From assembly GCA_030390025.1 (NCBI GenBank), contig CM059432.1, positions 20,090,001 through 20,154,000 of the forward strand: DNA of 64,000 nucleotides. Direction: 5' to 3'. Source of the stretch: Squalus acanthias (Eukaryota). This document shows positions 12,210-24,075 of the stretch, piece after piece. Under the pieces are notes generated by a model. It did no database searches. It was given only the letters and a program-made list of their open reading frames with translations, and was not told the origin of the DNA. A program made the position numbers and the translations under genes. Position 1 is the stretch's first letter. Each line of letters starts with the position of its first letter.

Positions 12210-12352
12210 AAGACAGAAAATGTTGCAAATACCCAGCAGGTCAGGCAACATCCGTGGAGCGAGAAACAGAGTTCACGTCTCAAGTCGAGATGCTGTCTGA
12301 CCAGCTGAGTATTTCCAGAATTTTATGCTGTCATTTCAGATTTACAGCATCC
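12210..12352. mobile_element. Inverted pair of Penelope pLTR fragments
   Basis: acagaaaatgttgcaaatacccagcaggtcaggcaacatc (-) followed by gatgctgtctgaccagctgagtatttccagaa (+). Confidence 0.65.
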
Positions 12353-12548
12353 ACTCGCAGAGGGGAGAGGAAGACACAGAAGAGTAAGAAGCCGAAGAGG
12401 AGGAAGCAGAAGGAAGGATGCAACCCAGCCAGCCCCTTTCTGGCCAGGGATATCCAGGATGGAAGCATCTGCCCTGCGGTACCAGTAACCACAACCCCAA
12501 TTCCCTTCCCACATTTGTCCCACACCTTAGCTTCCCTAATTTTTTTTT

Positions 12549-13120
12549 ATATTCGTTCATGGGATGTGGGCATCGCTGGCAAGGCCAGCATTCATTGCCC
12601 ATCCCTAGTTGCCCTCGAGAAGGTGGTGGTGAACCGCCTTCTTGAACCACTGCAGTCCGTGTGGTGAAGCTACTCCCACAGTGCTATTAAGGAGGGAGTT
12701 CCAGGATTTTGACCCAGCAACGATGAAGGAACGACAATATACTTCCAAGTCAGGATGGTGTGTAACTTGGATGGGAACTTGGAGGTGATGGTGTTCCCAT
12801 GCGCCTGCTGCCCTTGTCCTTCTAGGTGGTAGAGGTCGTGGGTTTGGGAGGTGCTGCCGAAGAAGCCTTGGCGAGTTGCTGCAGTGCATCTTGTAGATGG
12901 CACACACTGCAGCCACAGTACGCCGGTGGTGGAGGGAGTGAATGTTTAAGGTGGTGGATGGGGTGCGAATCAAGCGGGCTGCTTTGTCTTGGATGGTGTC
13001 GAGCTTCTTGAGTGTTGTTGTAGCTGCACTCATCCAGGCAAATGGAGAGTATTCCATCACACTCCTGACTTGTGCCTTGTAGATGGTGGAAAGGCTTTGG
13101 GGAATCAGGAGGTGAGTCAC
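12549..13120 (-). mobile_element. CR1-like LINE (family B) 3' fragment nested in the Harbinger element
   Basis: ORF 12605-13192 highly similar to the 6846-7361 product. Confidence 0.85.
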
Positions 13121-13848
13121 TGTTACTGACCAACACAGCGTCCTCTTGGCCACAATGCTGAAATAAAAGCCACCACAAAGCAAACTTTCCAATCCAACTT
13201 TATATACATCTATCCAGCCAATATGACATCAAGAAATCAACTCATCACCCTTATGCATTCTCTTAATGACTGTTTTGTGTGTGTCGTTGACTATCCTATT
13301 GATGTCACACAGTGCTACCCCAGTGGCTGCATCATGGCTGGTGGAAGGCTGCTGACTTTCAGTGGTGGACACTGCAAATGGCCTTGCTGTTCGACCTTGA
13401 GGAGTTGGTGGCTGGGAGTGTCAAACCAAGTGACAGTGTTTCTTCTTCTTCTTCTCGCTCCTCTCCCTCTTCTTGGTCAACCACTGGCTGGGCAGGCTGC
13501 ATTTCTTGGGTGTGTGAAATGAGGAAGGCACAAGGGTGACGTTGTGGTGACAGGAGGGTGGGAAAGCAAGAGGTGCATCCTAGAGGAGGATAACGTATGA
13601 AGATACCAGCATCTTTTATCCTTTCAGCCCCACCGCTGGTCAAGGGCTCAGCCATGCCCCTGCCAAGAATGGCCAGTACTGTCTCCTCCAAGGGGGTGAG
13701 GTGAGGCTAGGAACTGGAGATGTGCCTCCTGATTGGTGCAAATTATTGGTAGGTGATGAATTGGGGGAGGGGGGGTTGTGCATTGAGCAGTGTGTGAGGC
13801 TAGTGATGCAGTTGGTAGGAGATGGCTTTTGAAGATACATTCACTGAC

Positions 13849-14076
13849 CTTGACCAGTGGTCTGAGGTCATGAAGCTTCTTTGGGCACTGGAGCCAGGTG
13901 GTGGGGTAACAGTGGTGGCAGTGACAGCCTTAGTGATGTACTCCCACATCGTCCTTTCTGAAGGTCCTCCTGGCCCCTGTGGGTAGAGGGCTGCTCTTGC
14001 AGTGTTGACCCCCTGCACAAAGCTGGAGTGCTGCTTGCAATACCCTGGGTGCCCCTTCCCTGGCTTGCTGAGCCAT
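13849..14076 (-). pseudogene. Harbinger Myb/SANT-like DNA-binding protein, exon 1 remnant with 2 frameshifts
   Basis: MAQQAREGAPRV..AALQ/VQGVNTARAALYPQGPGGPSERTMWEYITKAVTAT../TWLQCPKKLHDLRPLVK then a GTCAGT donor; acidic tract DQEEGEEREEEEET further downstream (~13435-13480). Confidence 0.7.
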
Positions 14077-14559
14077 TTGTGTTAGTGCTGAAGCAGTTTT
14101 CCCATTTTTTGAGGTTCTGAAGGGAATTCAGCTTTAAGAGCTGAATAATGACATTTGGGAATTCTTTTTAAGGTTATTTTTTTTCTTTTGAAAGGCAGTA
14201 AGGGCTGAAAACTGCATTTTTTTCACTGCATTTTAATTTGTATTACTTCTGAGTGCATAGCCCTTTTAATTGCCCACAATTCCTTGTGAGCTCCACAGCC
14301 TCGCTCCCAGAGGCTGTCCGAAGCTCGAACACCGACTCTAGACAGGAACTTCGCCTCGGAGGTCTCCACTAACGCTACCAGGAGGGCGTTGCACGGAAGG
14401 TTAGCGCTGCACCACCAATCTCCAGCCCCCCCAGACAAATTTATTCTTCTTAGCATTGCGCCGATTTTCAGTGGCCGGTGCCGGTGACACTGGCAACTTT
14501 CGTGGCAAACACGAATTTCTAGGCCTTTGTCTCCACAGTTGTGTGTGGGTTCTAGAGCT

Positions 14560-15250
14560 GGAGCCTTACAGAGCTAGGGACGGTCAAGACCATGAAGGCT
14601 GAGAATTTTAAACTGAAGCCTTTGGCGGACCAGGAGCCAATGTAGTTAAGCAACGACTTGGTACCGGATAGGATACGGACAGCTGAGTTTTGGATGAGGT
14701 AAAAAAGAAAATAAAGACTTGCATTTATATTGCGCCTTTCACAAACTCAGGATGTCCCAAAGCGCTTTACAACTGAAGAAGCACTTTTGAAGTGTCATCA
14801 CTGTTGTTATGTAAGAATTGAATGTGGAGGATGAGGAGAGAGGGGGTGATGATGGTGGTTTTGAAAGAGGGACAGTATCCATGGCGAGGGAACCATTTAC
14901 AATGTCAGCTAGCATGGGGTCCAGGAAGGTAAGTTGGGTGGGTAGCAGCTAAGTGGGAATGGCATCAAGGGAGCAGGAGGCCGGTTTCATGGACAAGATG
15001 AGCTCAGACAGGGTATAAGGGGAGATATGAGAGAAGCACAAGATCAAGGCAAGGGCAGAGTGCTTCTGGTGGGAGGTTTGACTCGATGGGCAAGAGGGAG
15101 GAAGCGAAGTAGCAGAGATAGCTGAATGGATGGTCTCATTCTTAATTGTAAAGAAGTGCGTGAGCTCCTTACACTTGCTGGAGGGGAGGATAGAGGGGGC
15201 ATGGTTTGGAGGAGTTTACGAGACATCTGGTAGTAGAGAAAAGAAACCTA
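14560..15250 (-). mobile_element. Degraded L2 fragments interrupted by a DeuSINE tail (14715-14813)
   Basis: gagttttggatgag, gggaatggcatcaagggagcaggagg and other segments similar to L2 at 17810-18580. Confidence 0.55.
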
Positions 15251-15464
15251 CCACACAATGCAGCGGCTAAAACATTTAGTTATTCACATTACGATTAGAT
15301 GCCATGTTGAGAGAGATAATGGCCTAATAGGATAAGATTTGATGGGCTTTTTTCTCATCCTTGACTTCGTTTTGCATTTATATAGCTTATCATCACTTTA
15401 GCCAAACATTTCAGAGACTCACATGAATAAATAACTTTTGGAGTGCACTGACTGATATTACACA

Positions 15465-15669
15465 AGTGAGAAGTCGCACAACACCAGGTTATAGTCCAAC
15501 AGTTTTATTTGAAATCACAAGCTTTCGGAGCGGCTGCTCCTTCTTCACCTGACGAAGGAGCAGCGCTCCGAAAGCTTGTGATTTCAAATAAAACTGTTGG
15601 ACTATAACCTGGTGTTGTGCGACTTCTCATTTTAGTCCACCCCAGTCCAACACCGGCATCTCCGCATCA
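15465..15669. mobile_element. Penelope-derived palindromic insert (family B; inverted pLTR plus extension)
   Basis: ~75-bp arms tgagaagtcgcacaacaccagg.../...cctggtgttgtgcgacttctca; 12-bp TSD tgatattacaca at 15453-15464 and 15670-15681. Confidence 0.85.
15545..15581 (+). ncRNA. Minimal type-I hammerhead ribozyme motif
   Basis: TCAC-CTGACGA-A-GGAGC-AGC-GCTCC-GAAA-GC-TT-GTGA: stem I TCAC/GTGA, stem II GGAGC/GCTCC, palindromic AGCT in place of stem III. Confidence 0.75.
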
Positions 15670-15936
15670 TGATATTACACAGGGAAACAATGCCACTTTA
15701 AACAGTTAAACACAGCAGCAGAGGAGGACCAGGAGTCCCCAGTAATTGTGGTGAGATCTTTCGCTCTAGGTTAGAATTAAGTAGCAATTTGGCCAAATTT
15801 ACTTTTAATGATTTATAGATATACTTAACTGTAAGAGATTGCTTGTAGGTCACTGATAGCCGTTTGACTATCTATTAGTGTCACTGCATATCCACTGCTC
15901 TACTTTCTTTTTCCCTACTTTTCACTTCCTTAAGGA

Positions 15937-16036
15937 AGACTTGCATTTATATAGAGCCTTTCACGACCACCGGACATCCCAAAGCGCTTTACAGCCAATG
16001 AAGTACTTTTGGAAGTGTAGTCACTATTGTAATGTA
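15937..16036 (-). mobile_element. DeuSINE/L2-type 3' tail
   Basis: aagacttgcatttatatagagcctttcacgacc..cccaaagcgctttacagccaatgaagtac; similar tails at ~9753, 14715, 33478, 42455 and 52833. Confidence 0.7.
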
Positions 16037-16222
16037 TAATCTTCCGTTCCCTGTTTATCACGTGGTAATGTGCAAAGTCGTTTGCATACGAAAAACACCA
16101 TCATGTCATGAAATAAATCACCATCTCCTGTACAGTTGCTGAAAAGAACACAGCGCAATTCTGGGCTCCCTACCACTCCAAAACACTCATGTAAGTTTAA
16201 AATGGCTGGGCGCAGACATATC

Positions 16223-16370
16223 GGGGGTGAATTTCTGCCGGGTTCTCTCGCTCGTCTCCCGTAACTTCAGCAGAAGCGTGCCGATAAACGGCGCATTCCC
16301 GGGTTTTCTGCGGCTCTACCTCCGAAGTTACGGCGGACGTGCGAGAGAAGTCCAGCAGAAAGCTGCCTCC
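16223..16370. mobile_element. Short palindromic MITE (Harbinger-like ends)
   Basis: gggggtgaatttctgccgggttctctcgc..ccgtaacttc versus gaagttacgg..gcgagagaagtccagcagaaagctgcctcc. Confidence 0.6.
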
Positions 16371-16779
16371 ACTGTGTAGAACCCTCTCAGGTGATATGAT
16401 TTAGAACCTCTGACCTCTGTCCCCATCCAGAATATCAGAGAATAAATGGGGGGGGGAGGAGATTCCACCTGAAGTGTCTGCTCGGGCAGACTGCTTCCAA
16501 CCGTCAGATTTAAAGCACAAAACATGAGCCTGAGATTTAGCTGACAGGCTGTAAAAATTTGATCTATTTTTTGTGCTTCAAAAATCGACAAGAATGAAAA
16601 AGAATCCTTCAATGTATATCTTTATTGCCAATAAACTTGCAAATTTTACACTTCCACAAGCAAGACAGTCGCTGAGATTGATGTAAACCGCGCAGTGACA
16701 TGAGATTGATCGTACTGTTCTCTCTTAAGCTGTGTTTTTAAGTCTACTCCTTGGGAAAAAAATTCCCTCTCTTCTCACT

Positions 16780-17110
16780 GCCCCTCCTGTCCTGAAAGTG
16801 TCCATTCCTTTCTCGGGTATGATTCCTTGGGCACACTCTGGTAGCTGGACTGAGTGGCCATTGTTTACATGTGAGCCTTAACGGTGAGCGTTTCCAGACT
16901 CTTCTGCTGTCGGGGGCATTACCCCTGAATCACCCTCAGGCTGTGTCCATACAAGCTTGTGGTAGTTTCACTGGACAATATCCAAGAGCAGGAACCTGGT
17001 TGATTTTCCTCTACCTAATCCAGGGGCACTAAGGTCAATAGTAGTGGCCCTAATTCTGCCTTGGCCCGGATCAGCTGATTCAGTATGGACTGAGGATGGA
17101 AGCTGGGCCT
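16780..17110 (-). mobile_element. LF-SINE-like element
   Basis: Reverse of motifs in 44590-44955 (gagtggccattgtttacatgtgagcct; gcaggaacctggttgattttcc; gatcagctgattcag). Confidence 0.55.
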
Positions 17111-17809
17111 TGATCGATCATTATGGTTTATCTATGCACCACGTAAACTTAAAGAACCATTGGGGGGAGAGAACTAGAATTATAATCTACCTCCTCCTCT
17201 TTATATTCTGAGAAAGGCAGAAAAATCAAATTCTAGCTCGTGAATGTCTTTCCTTTGCCTATCTATGCTTCAGACAATGCCATGGATGACCTGGAGACAA
17301 ATGATATCCCTTCCCACCCCCATAGCTCATACACTGAAGGGGTGTGAATAGGAAGAACTAACCGTGATAGCAAGAATCTTAGAAAACTCCATGTTATGAG
17401 AAACGCATCTCAGGATATGGGGAAAGAGGTGTGATTGTACCGACTGTACCCTACGTACCAAACTGGGAGTGTATTTTCCTGGGGTAGACTGCTTGAAATC
17501 CGCTCTCGAGTCAATCTGAAGCCACAGCGCCAATGACAAGCAATGATTAGAGTGAAAGCCCCTGTAAACTCCAGGACACATGGACTCTCTCCCCATTACT
17601 GATGTCACTGGACCAGCCTGGACGTGAAGGTACCCAAAGCAGAAGGGACACTGCTCAGCTAAGACAACTTTACAGCTATACATACATTTATTAAATAGAG
17701 CAACATGTACCTACCTAGTCTATCCTTTCCCATTCAGAAATTCTGGGTATAAAAGAAAATGCATTTTTGCGTATAGAACCGAAATAATATGTTAAGAATA
17801 GTTCAAAAA

Positions 17810-18580
17810 CAATTTGCATTTATACAGCGCCTTTAATGTAGTAAGACGTCCCAAAGCTCTTCACAGGAGCGTTACCAAACAAAATTTGACACCAAACCAC
17901 AAAATGAAGTATAGGACAGATGAGGTAGGTTTTAAGGAGCTTCTTCAAGGAGCAGAGAGGTGTAGAGAAGCAGAATGGTTTAGGGAGGGAATTCGAGAGC
18001 TTAGGGCCTTGGCTGCCAATGTGGAGCAATTAAAATCGGGGATGTGCATGAGGCCAGAATTTGAGGAACGCAGAGATCTCGGAGGGCTGTAGGAGGCTAC
18101 AAAGATAGGGATGGGCCATGCCATGGAGGAATTTGAAAGCAAGGATGAGAATTTTAAAATCGAGGCAGACCGGGAGTCAATGTAGGTCAGAGAGCACAGA
18201 GGTGATGGGTGAATGGGACTTGCTACGAGTTAGGATGGGGCAGCAGAGTTTTGGATGAGCTTAAGTTTATGGAGGATGGAAGATGGGAGGTTGGCCCGGA
18301 GTGCGTTGGATTAGTCAAGTCTCGAGGTCACAAAGGCATATGTGAGGGTTTCAGCAGCAGATGAGCTCAGGCCGGGGCACAGTCAGGCGATGTTACAGAG
18401 GTGGAAGTAGGCGGTCTTTGTGGTGGAACAGATATGTGATCGGAAGCTCATCTCGGGGTCAAATACGACACCAAGGTTGCGAACGGTCTGTTGCCAGGGA
18501 GAGGGATGGAGTAGGTGGGAAGGGAACAGACTTTGTGGCAGGGACCAAAGACAACAGCTTTGGTCTTCCCAATATTAAGT
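17810..18580 (-). mobile_element. L2 LINE 3' fragment
   Basis: Reverse L2 3' end ttgcatttatacagcgcctttaatgtag; LNIGKTKAVVFG motif on the minus strand. Confidence 0.85.
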
Positions 18581-18675
18581 TGAATGTTTAGTTCATTGGT
18601 CTGTTCTTCAGAAAATGCAACCAAAATTAACCTCCCCCTAAAAAACAAATGCCTGAATTCATGCCAAAATATAAC

Positions 18676-19396
18676 GGTCAGGAATTTGCAGTCAGCAGCG
18701 AAGCAAAGGCGTTCGCCGCTGGCCCGAAGAAAGTTGCCCACAGAGATCTCGCGATCTGTGGGGCAAAAAGTTTGACTTTTTCGACACGTAATTGATTACA
18801 GCGCTCTGCGGTGGAATTCCCTAGTGCGATCTGCCGGGACATCAACAAGCTGTCTAAGCAGCCAATCACCTTGCAGAATGCCCACAGCCAGGGAACCAGG
18901 AAATGTGAAGCTGCTTTTATCCGGACTTTTTAAAAATGTTAGAGAGAGCGAAACAAAGATTGGGGCTCTCACGTGGGGATAAGGTAGAACCTGAAATATC
19001 ATGAACAAACTTTAAAAAATAAAATTTTATTTTAAAGTTTCTTAAAAATTGTAATTTTTAATCATAATGGAGAAACCTGACACACCAGGACCATAACGTT
19101 TGTTTAGCAGTCACTAGGTTGTTAAAACCCCAGTAACACCTAATCCAACAAGGCTGAAGATTTAAGGTATATTTAGCAGCGATATTACCACAGAAAAGGC
19201 CAAGTTTTTGTCAGTTTTACTGATTACATTGATTGCCGGCTATTGGTGGTGGGGGGGGGGCACAGCACAACCTGTGTCGGAGCAGTGAATGACTGACCGC
19301 AACTTCAGGATTTCCGTGTTTAGATGCGCATGCGCTACATCCTGAAGTTGCGGTCAGTTTCAATGGGGTAATAACGGTGAATGCAAATTCTGGCCC
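18676..19396. mobile_element. PIF/Harbinger-like non-autonomous element
   Basis: TIRs ggtcaggaatttgca / tgcaaattctggccc; internal hairpin at 19292-19358. Confidence 0.65.
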
Positions 19397-19459
19397 AACC
19401 AGTCTTAAATTTGCCAGTTCCTGTTTCTATATGTTTCAATACAATCACAATAGACAGAG

Positions 19460-19650
19460 AATTACACAGAATTTACAGCACAGAAACAGGTCATTCAACC
19501 CAACTGGTCTATGCTGGTGTTTACAAGCCTCCAACCACCCTACTTCATCTAACCCTATCAGATTATCCTTCAATTCCTTTCTCCCTCGTGTAGTTATCGA
19601 GTTTTCCCTTAAATGTATCGATGCTATTCATCTCAACTGCTCCCTGGGTA
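19460..19650 (-). mobile_element. Degraded CR1 3' fragment
   Basis: Similar to 36169-36370 (gcacagaaacagg.cattc...cccttaaatgtatcgatgctattc). Confidence 0.6.
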
Positions 19651-19715
19651 AAGAAACTAGGATGAGCTGATGCTATATGACTGAAAGTAGCCATTAAACA
19701 TCAAGTCTGGTCATC

Positions 19716-22700
19716 GGGACCAGTAGCGTAGTGGTTATGTTACTGGACTAATAATCCAGAAGCCTGGACGAAATGATCCAGAGACATGAGTTCAAATTCC
19801 ACTACGCGAGCTGTAGAATTTAAATTCAGTTAATTAAGTAAATCTGGAATAAAAAGCTAGTATCAGTAATGGTGACCATGAAACTACCAGATTGCTGTGT
19901 GGGGGTGGGTTTGCTAGTGCTGTTGGGGAGGGTTTAAACTAATTTGGCAGGGGGATGGGCACCAGGATGTAGCATTAGAAAGGAGAAACAAGGTACACAA
20001 AGGATGGGGAGAGACAGATAGCACTAGAGTAAGAAATAGTAAGGTACTAGGTATGGTCAGACGAAGAGAGAATACCAGTGCATGTGTGTAAACGCACAAA
20101 GCGTGGTAAATAAGGTTGGTGAGCTGCAGGCGCAAATAGCCTAATGGGAATATGATGTTGTGGCGATAATGGAGACCTGGCTCAAAAAAGGGCAGGATTG
20201 GGTTTTAAATATAAGGCGTTCAGGAAAGATAGGGAAAGAAAGGAGGTGGGGTGGCAGTATTGGTTAACGAGAATCTTACAGTGCTGGAGAGAGAGGATGT
20301 CCTGGATCAAGGGCAGAATCTATTTGGTTAGAGTTAAGAAATAATAGAGGTGCCATTACACTACTAGGTGTATTCTATAGGCCACCAACTAGTGGAAATT
20401 ACAGAGAGGTGCAAGAACTATAGAGTAGTAACAATGGGGGACTTCAATTATCCTAATATAGACTGAGATAGTAATAGTGTAAATGGCAGAGAGGGAAAGA
20501 ATTTCTGAAGTGTGTTCAGGAGAACTTTCTTGATCAGTACGATTCCGGCCCAACGAGGAAGGAGACATTGCTCGATCTGGTTCTGGGGAATGAGATGGGT
20601 CAAGTGGAGCAAGAGTCAGTACAGGGACATTTAGGGAACAGTGATCATAGCATCATAATGTTTAGATTAGCTATGGAAAAGGACAGGCTGCCTTTAAAGA
20701 GGAGATGGTTCGGGTACAGTCGAGGTACATTCCCACGAGGGAGAAAGGTAGGGCAACTAAAGCCAGAGCTCCCTGGATGACAAAAGTGATAGAGAGTAAG
20801 ATGAAGCAGAAAAAGAGCACGTATGACAGATGTCAGGCTGAGAATACAAGTGAGAATCAGGCTAAATATAGAAAGTTCTGAGGGGAAGTGAAAAAGAAAA
20901 TAGGAGGGGCAAAGAGAGAGTATGAGAATAGATCGGCAGCTAACATAAAAGGGTAATTCAAAAGTCTTCTATAGGCATATAAATAATAAATGGGAAGTCA
21001 GAGGAGGGCTGGGGCTGATTAGGGACCAAAAAGGAGACCTATGCATGGAGGCACAGAGTATGGCTGAGGTACTAAATGAGTACTTTGCATCTGTCTTCAC
21101 CAAGAAAGAAGATGCTGCCAAAGTCAGTGAAAGAGCAGGTAGTGGAGATACTGGATGAGATAAAAATTGATAAAGAGGAGGTACTAGAAAGGCTGTCTGT
21201 ACTTAAAGTTGATAAGTCACCAGGACCAGATAGGATGTATCCTGGGATGTATCCTAGGATGCTGAGAGAGGTTAAGGAGGAAATCGTGAAGGTACTCGCC
21301 ATAATCTTCCAATCCTCCTTAGATAGGGGGTTGGTGCCAGAGGACTGGAGAATTGCAAATGTTACACCCTTGTTCAAAAAAGGGTGCAAGGATAAACCCA
21401 GCAACTACAGGCCAATCAGTTTAACCTCGGTAGTGGGGAAGCTTTTAGAAACATTAATCTGGAACAAAATTAACAATCACTTGGACAAGTGTAGATTAAT
21501 TAAGGAAAGCCAGCATGGATTTGTTAAAGGCAAATCACGTTTAACTAACTTGATTGAGTTTTTTGATGAGTTAACAGAGAGGGTTGATGAGGGTAATATG
21601 GTTGATGTGGTTTACATGGACTTCCAAAAGGCGCTTGATAAAGTGTCACATAATAGGCTTGCCAGCAAAGTTGAAGCCCATGGAATAAAAGGGACAGTGG
21701 CAGCATGGATACGAAATTAGCGAAGTTACAGGAAACAGAGTAGTGGTGAACGGTTGTATATCGAACTGGAGGAAGGTACACAGTGGTGTTCCCCAGGGGT
21801 CGGTACTAGGACCACTGCTTTGCTTGATATATATTAATGACTTGGACTTGGGTGTACAGGGCACAATTTCAAAATCTGCAGATGACACAAAACTTGGAAG
21901 TATAGTGAACAGTGAGGAGGATAGTGATAGACTTCAAGAGGACATAGACAGGCTGGTGGAATGGGCGGACACCTGGCAGATGAAATTTAACACAGAGAAG
22001 ATACATTTTGGTAGGAAGAACGAGGAGAGGCAATATAAACTAAAGGGTACAATTCTAAAGTGGGTGTATGAACAGGGAGACCTGGGGGTATATGTACACA
22101 AATCATTGAAGGTGGCAAGGCAGGTTGAGAAAGTAGTTAAACATGCATACGGGATCCTGGGCTTCATAAATAGAGGCATAGAGTACAAAAGCAAGGAAGT
22201 TATGATGAACCTTTATAAAACATTGGTTCGGCCTCAACTGAAGTATTATGTTCAAATCTGGGCACCGCACTTTAGGAAGGATATGAAGGGTACAGAAAAG
22301 ATTTACAAGAATGATTCCAGGGATGAGGGACTTCAGTTAGGTGGATAGACTGGAGAAGCTGGGGTTGTTCTCCTTACAGCAGAGAAGGTTGAGAGGAGAT
22401 TTGATAGAGGTATTGAAAATCATGAGGGGTCTAGACAGAGTAGATAGAAACTGTTCCCATTGGCAGAAGGGTCGAGAACCAGAAGACACAGATTTAAGGT
22501 GTTTGGCAAAAGAACCAAAGGCGACATGAGGAAAAACCTTTTTACGCCGCAAGTGGTTAGGATCTGAATTGCATTGCCTGAAAGGGTGGAGGAGGCAGAC
22601 TCGATCATGGCTTTCAGAAGGGAATTGGATAAGTACCTGAAGGGAAAAAAATTGCAGGGCTACGGGGAAAGGGCGGGGGAGTGAGACTAGCTGAAGTGCT

Positions 22701-23010
22701 CTTGCAGAGAGCCAGCACGGGCTTGCTGGGGTGAATGGACTCCTTCTATGCTGTAACCATTCTATGAAAAACCCATCTGGTTCACTAATGTCCTTTAGAG
22801 AAGGAAATCTGCTGTCCTTACCCAATCTGGCTATATGTGACTCCAGACCTACAGCAATGTGGTTGACTCTTAACTTCCCTCTGAAATGGCCGAGCAAGCC
22901 ACTCAGTTGTACCAAACCGCTAGGAAAAGCTGCAGCGGTTCAAGAAGGTGGCTCACCACCACCTTCTCAAGGGCAATTAGGGATGGGCAGTAAATGCCAT
23001 GAATGAATTT
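19716..23010 (+). mobile_element. tRNA-derived SINE split by a CR1 insertion (5' part 19716-19897; 3' part 22767-23010); tail shared with family B LINE
   Basis: A-box tagcgtagtgg and B-box gagttcaaattcc; 3' part ends ctgcagcggttcaagaaggtggctcaccaccaccttctcaagggcaattagggatggg. Confidence 0.8.
19898..22766 (+). mobile_element. CR1 LINE: ORF1 end plus disrupted ORF2 (APE+RT) plus 3' tail
   Basis: ...SAVGEGLN*, then CVNAQSVVNKVGELQAQI, ETWL, SDH, NYRPISLTS, QHGF, GVPQGSVLGP, SADDTK; many stops and frameshifts. Confidence 0.92.
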
Positions 23011-24075
23011 TTTTTTTAATTACTTGGGATTTGAGGCTACGTAATGATGAAGGCATGACAGTTTTGTTTTCATTTTCAACATTTAAGAGAACAGTACATT
23101 AACTTTAATTAAACAAATGAAATAAGGCCACGGGGAAGCAATGGAGTGCTCATAACATAAGGGAGAGCGTCATTCCCGGAGTACAGCAGAGAAATAGATT
23201 ACATTTGAGATGTTCAGTGACAAACTGACTCAAATGAAATGACTAGATTTAGGGAGCTGAAATTTCACTTGAATCAAAAAGAGGGGTGAGCGAGTTATGT
23301 GCTCTTACTACACAACACAAGAGCGTATTAAATACGCATTCAAATATAAGTACTTCTTTTGTGAAACTGCCTTTTTTATTTAAAAGGACATTTGCAGGAA
23401 AGAATTACTTGGTGTATTTTCTGCAATTTGAGATGCATTACAATTAGTGCTCAATTAACGGAATGTACCTATAATAAAGCTGCTAAGCCCCTATAATAAA
23501 GCTGTTAAGCTGCTAACCACACATATAACGAGGTAAAGTCTGGGAAATTCTTCAAATGGCGCTTTTCAGTCTGCTAGCCTCCAGTGCTTTTCATTCAGAT
23601 TGAGTTTCCAAGGCTAAGTCGCTTAAAGACAACCCTTCTGCTCGAAAAGAAAATTGCACAGCCTGTATGAAAATCACAAAGCTTGCAGGAGAACTTATTC
23701 TATTCCATTTAATAAAGGTTAGTACCAATTCCAATATACATCTCCATCGACTCCTGGAACCGGTTCAATAACTGTTTCCAACAGTGAGGAACAAATCTCA
23801 TCACACACCCCGAGAGGCACATTATCTTAGCAGTGGGATTTTTTACTCTAATATATGGAAATTCTATCCGTTTGTATTTCCAAGAGTGAAGATCCCTTCA
23901 TACCTCATGTGCAAATTCATATCATCTTAGAAATACTAATTTTTTTTTAAGCTCCAAGTAAGAAACAAAGTCCCCGAGAATGCATGGGACATGAGCTTGC
24001 TGGTGCTCTGCAGTTCTGACCCCGCTGAAGTTTGAGGGGAGGAGGCCTCTTTTGCCATCATGGGCACATCATGAG

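Larger units (their letters stand above)
11733..14525 (-). mobile_element. PIF/Harbinger element carrying a decayed Myb/SANT gene, with nested inserts
   Basis: TIRs gggctagaaattc / gaatttctaggcc, TTT on both flanks; Myb-like remnant at 13849-14076. Confidence 0.75.

Noticed and set aside
15465..15630. miRNA precursor or DNA-transposon MITE
   Set aside because: Variable TSD length, asymmetric 3' extension, variable centre and hammerhead core fit an inverted Penelope pLTR better
17459..17517. Candidate small minus-strand exons (also ~2138-2251, 23725-23770, 27963-28136, 31094-31110, 44433-44518, 45144-45267)
   Set aside because: Plausible splice-like ends, but no recognisable protein or consistent multi-exon frame; cannot be supported without homology or RNA data
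19716..19805. tRNA gene
   Set aside because: A and B boxes are present but there is no cloverleaf; it is a SINE head
23468..23510. Direct repeat cctataataaagctg(c/t)taagc
   Set aside because: Simple two-copy slippage duplication
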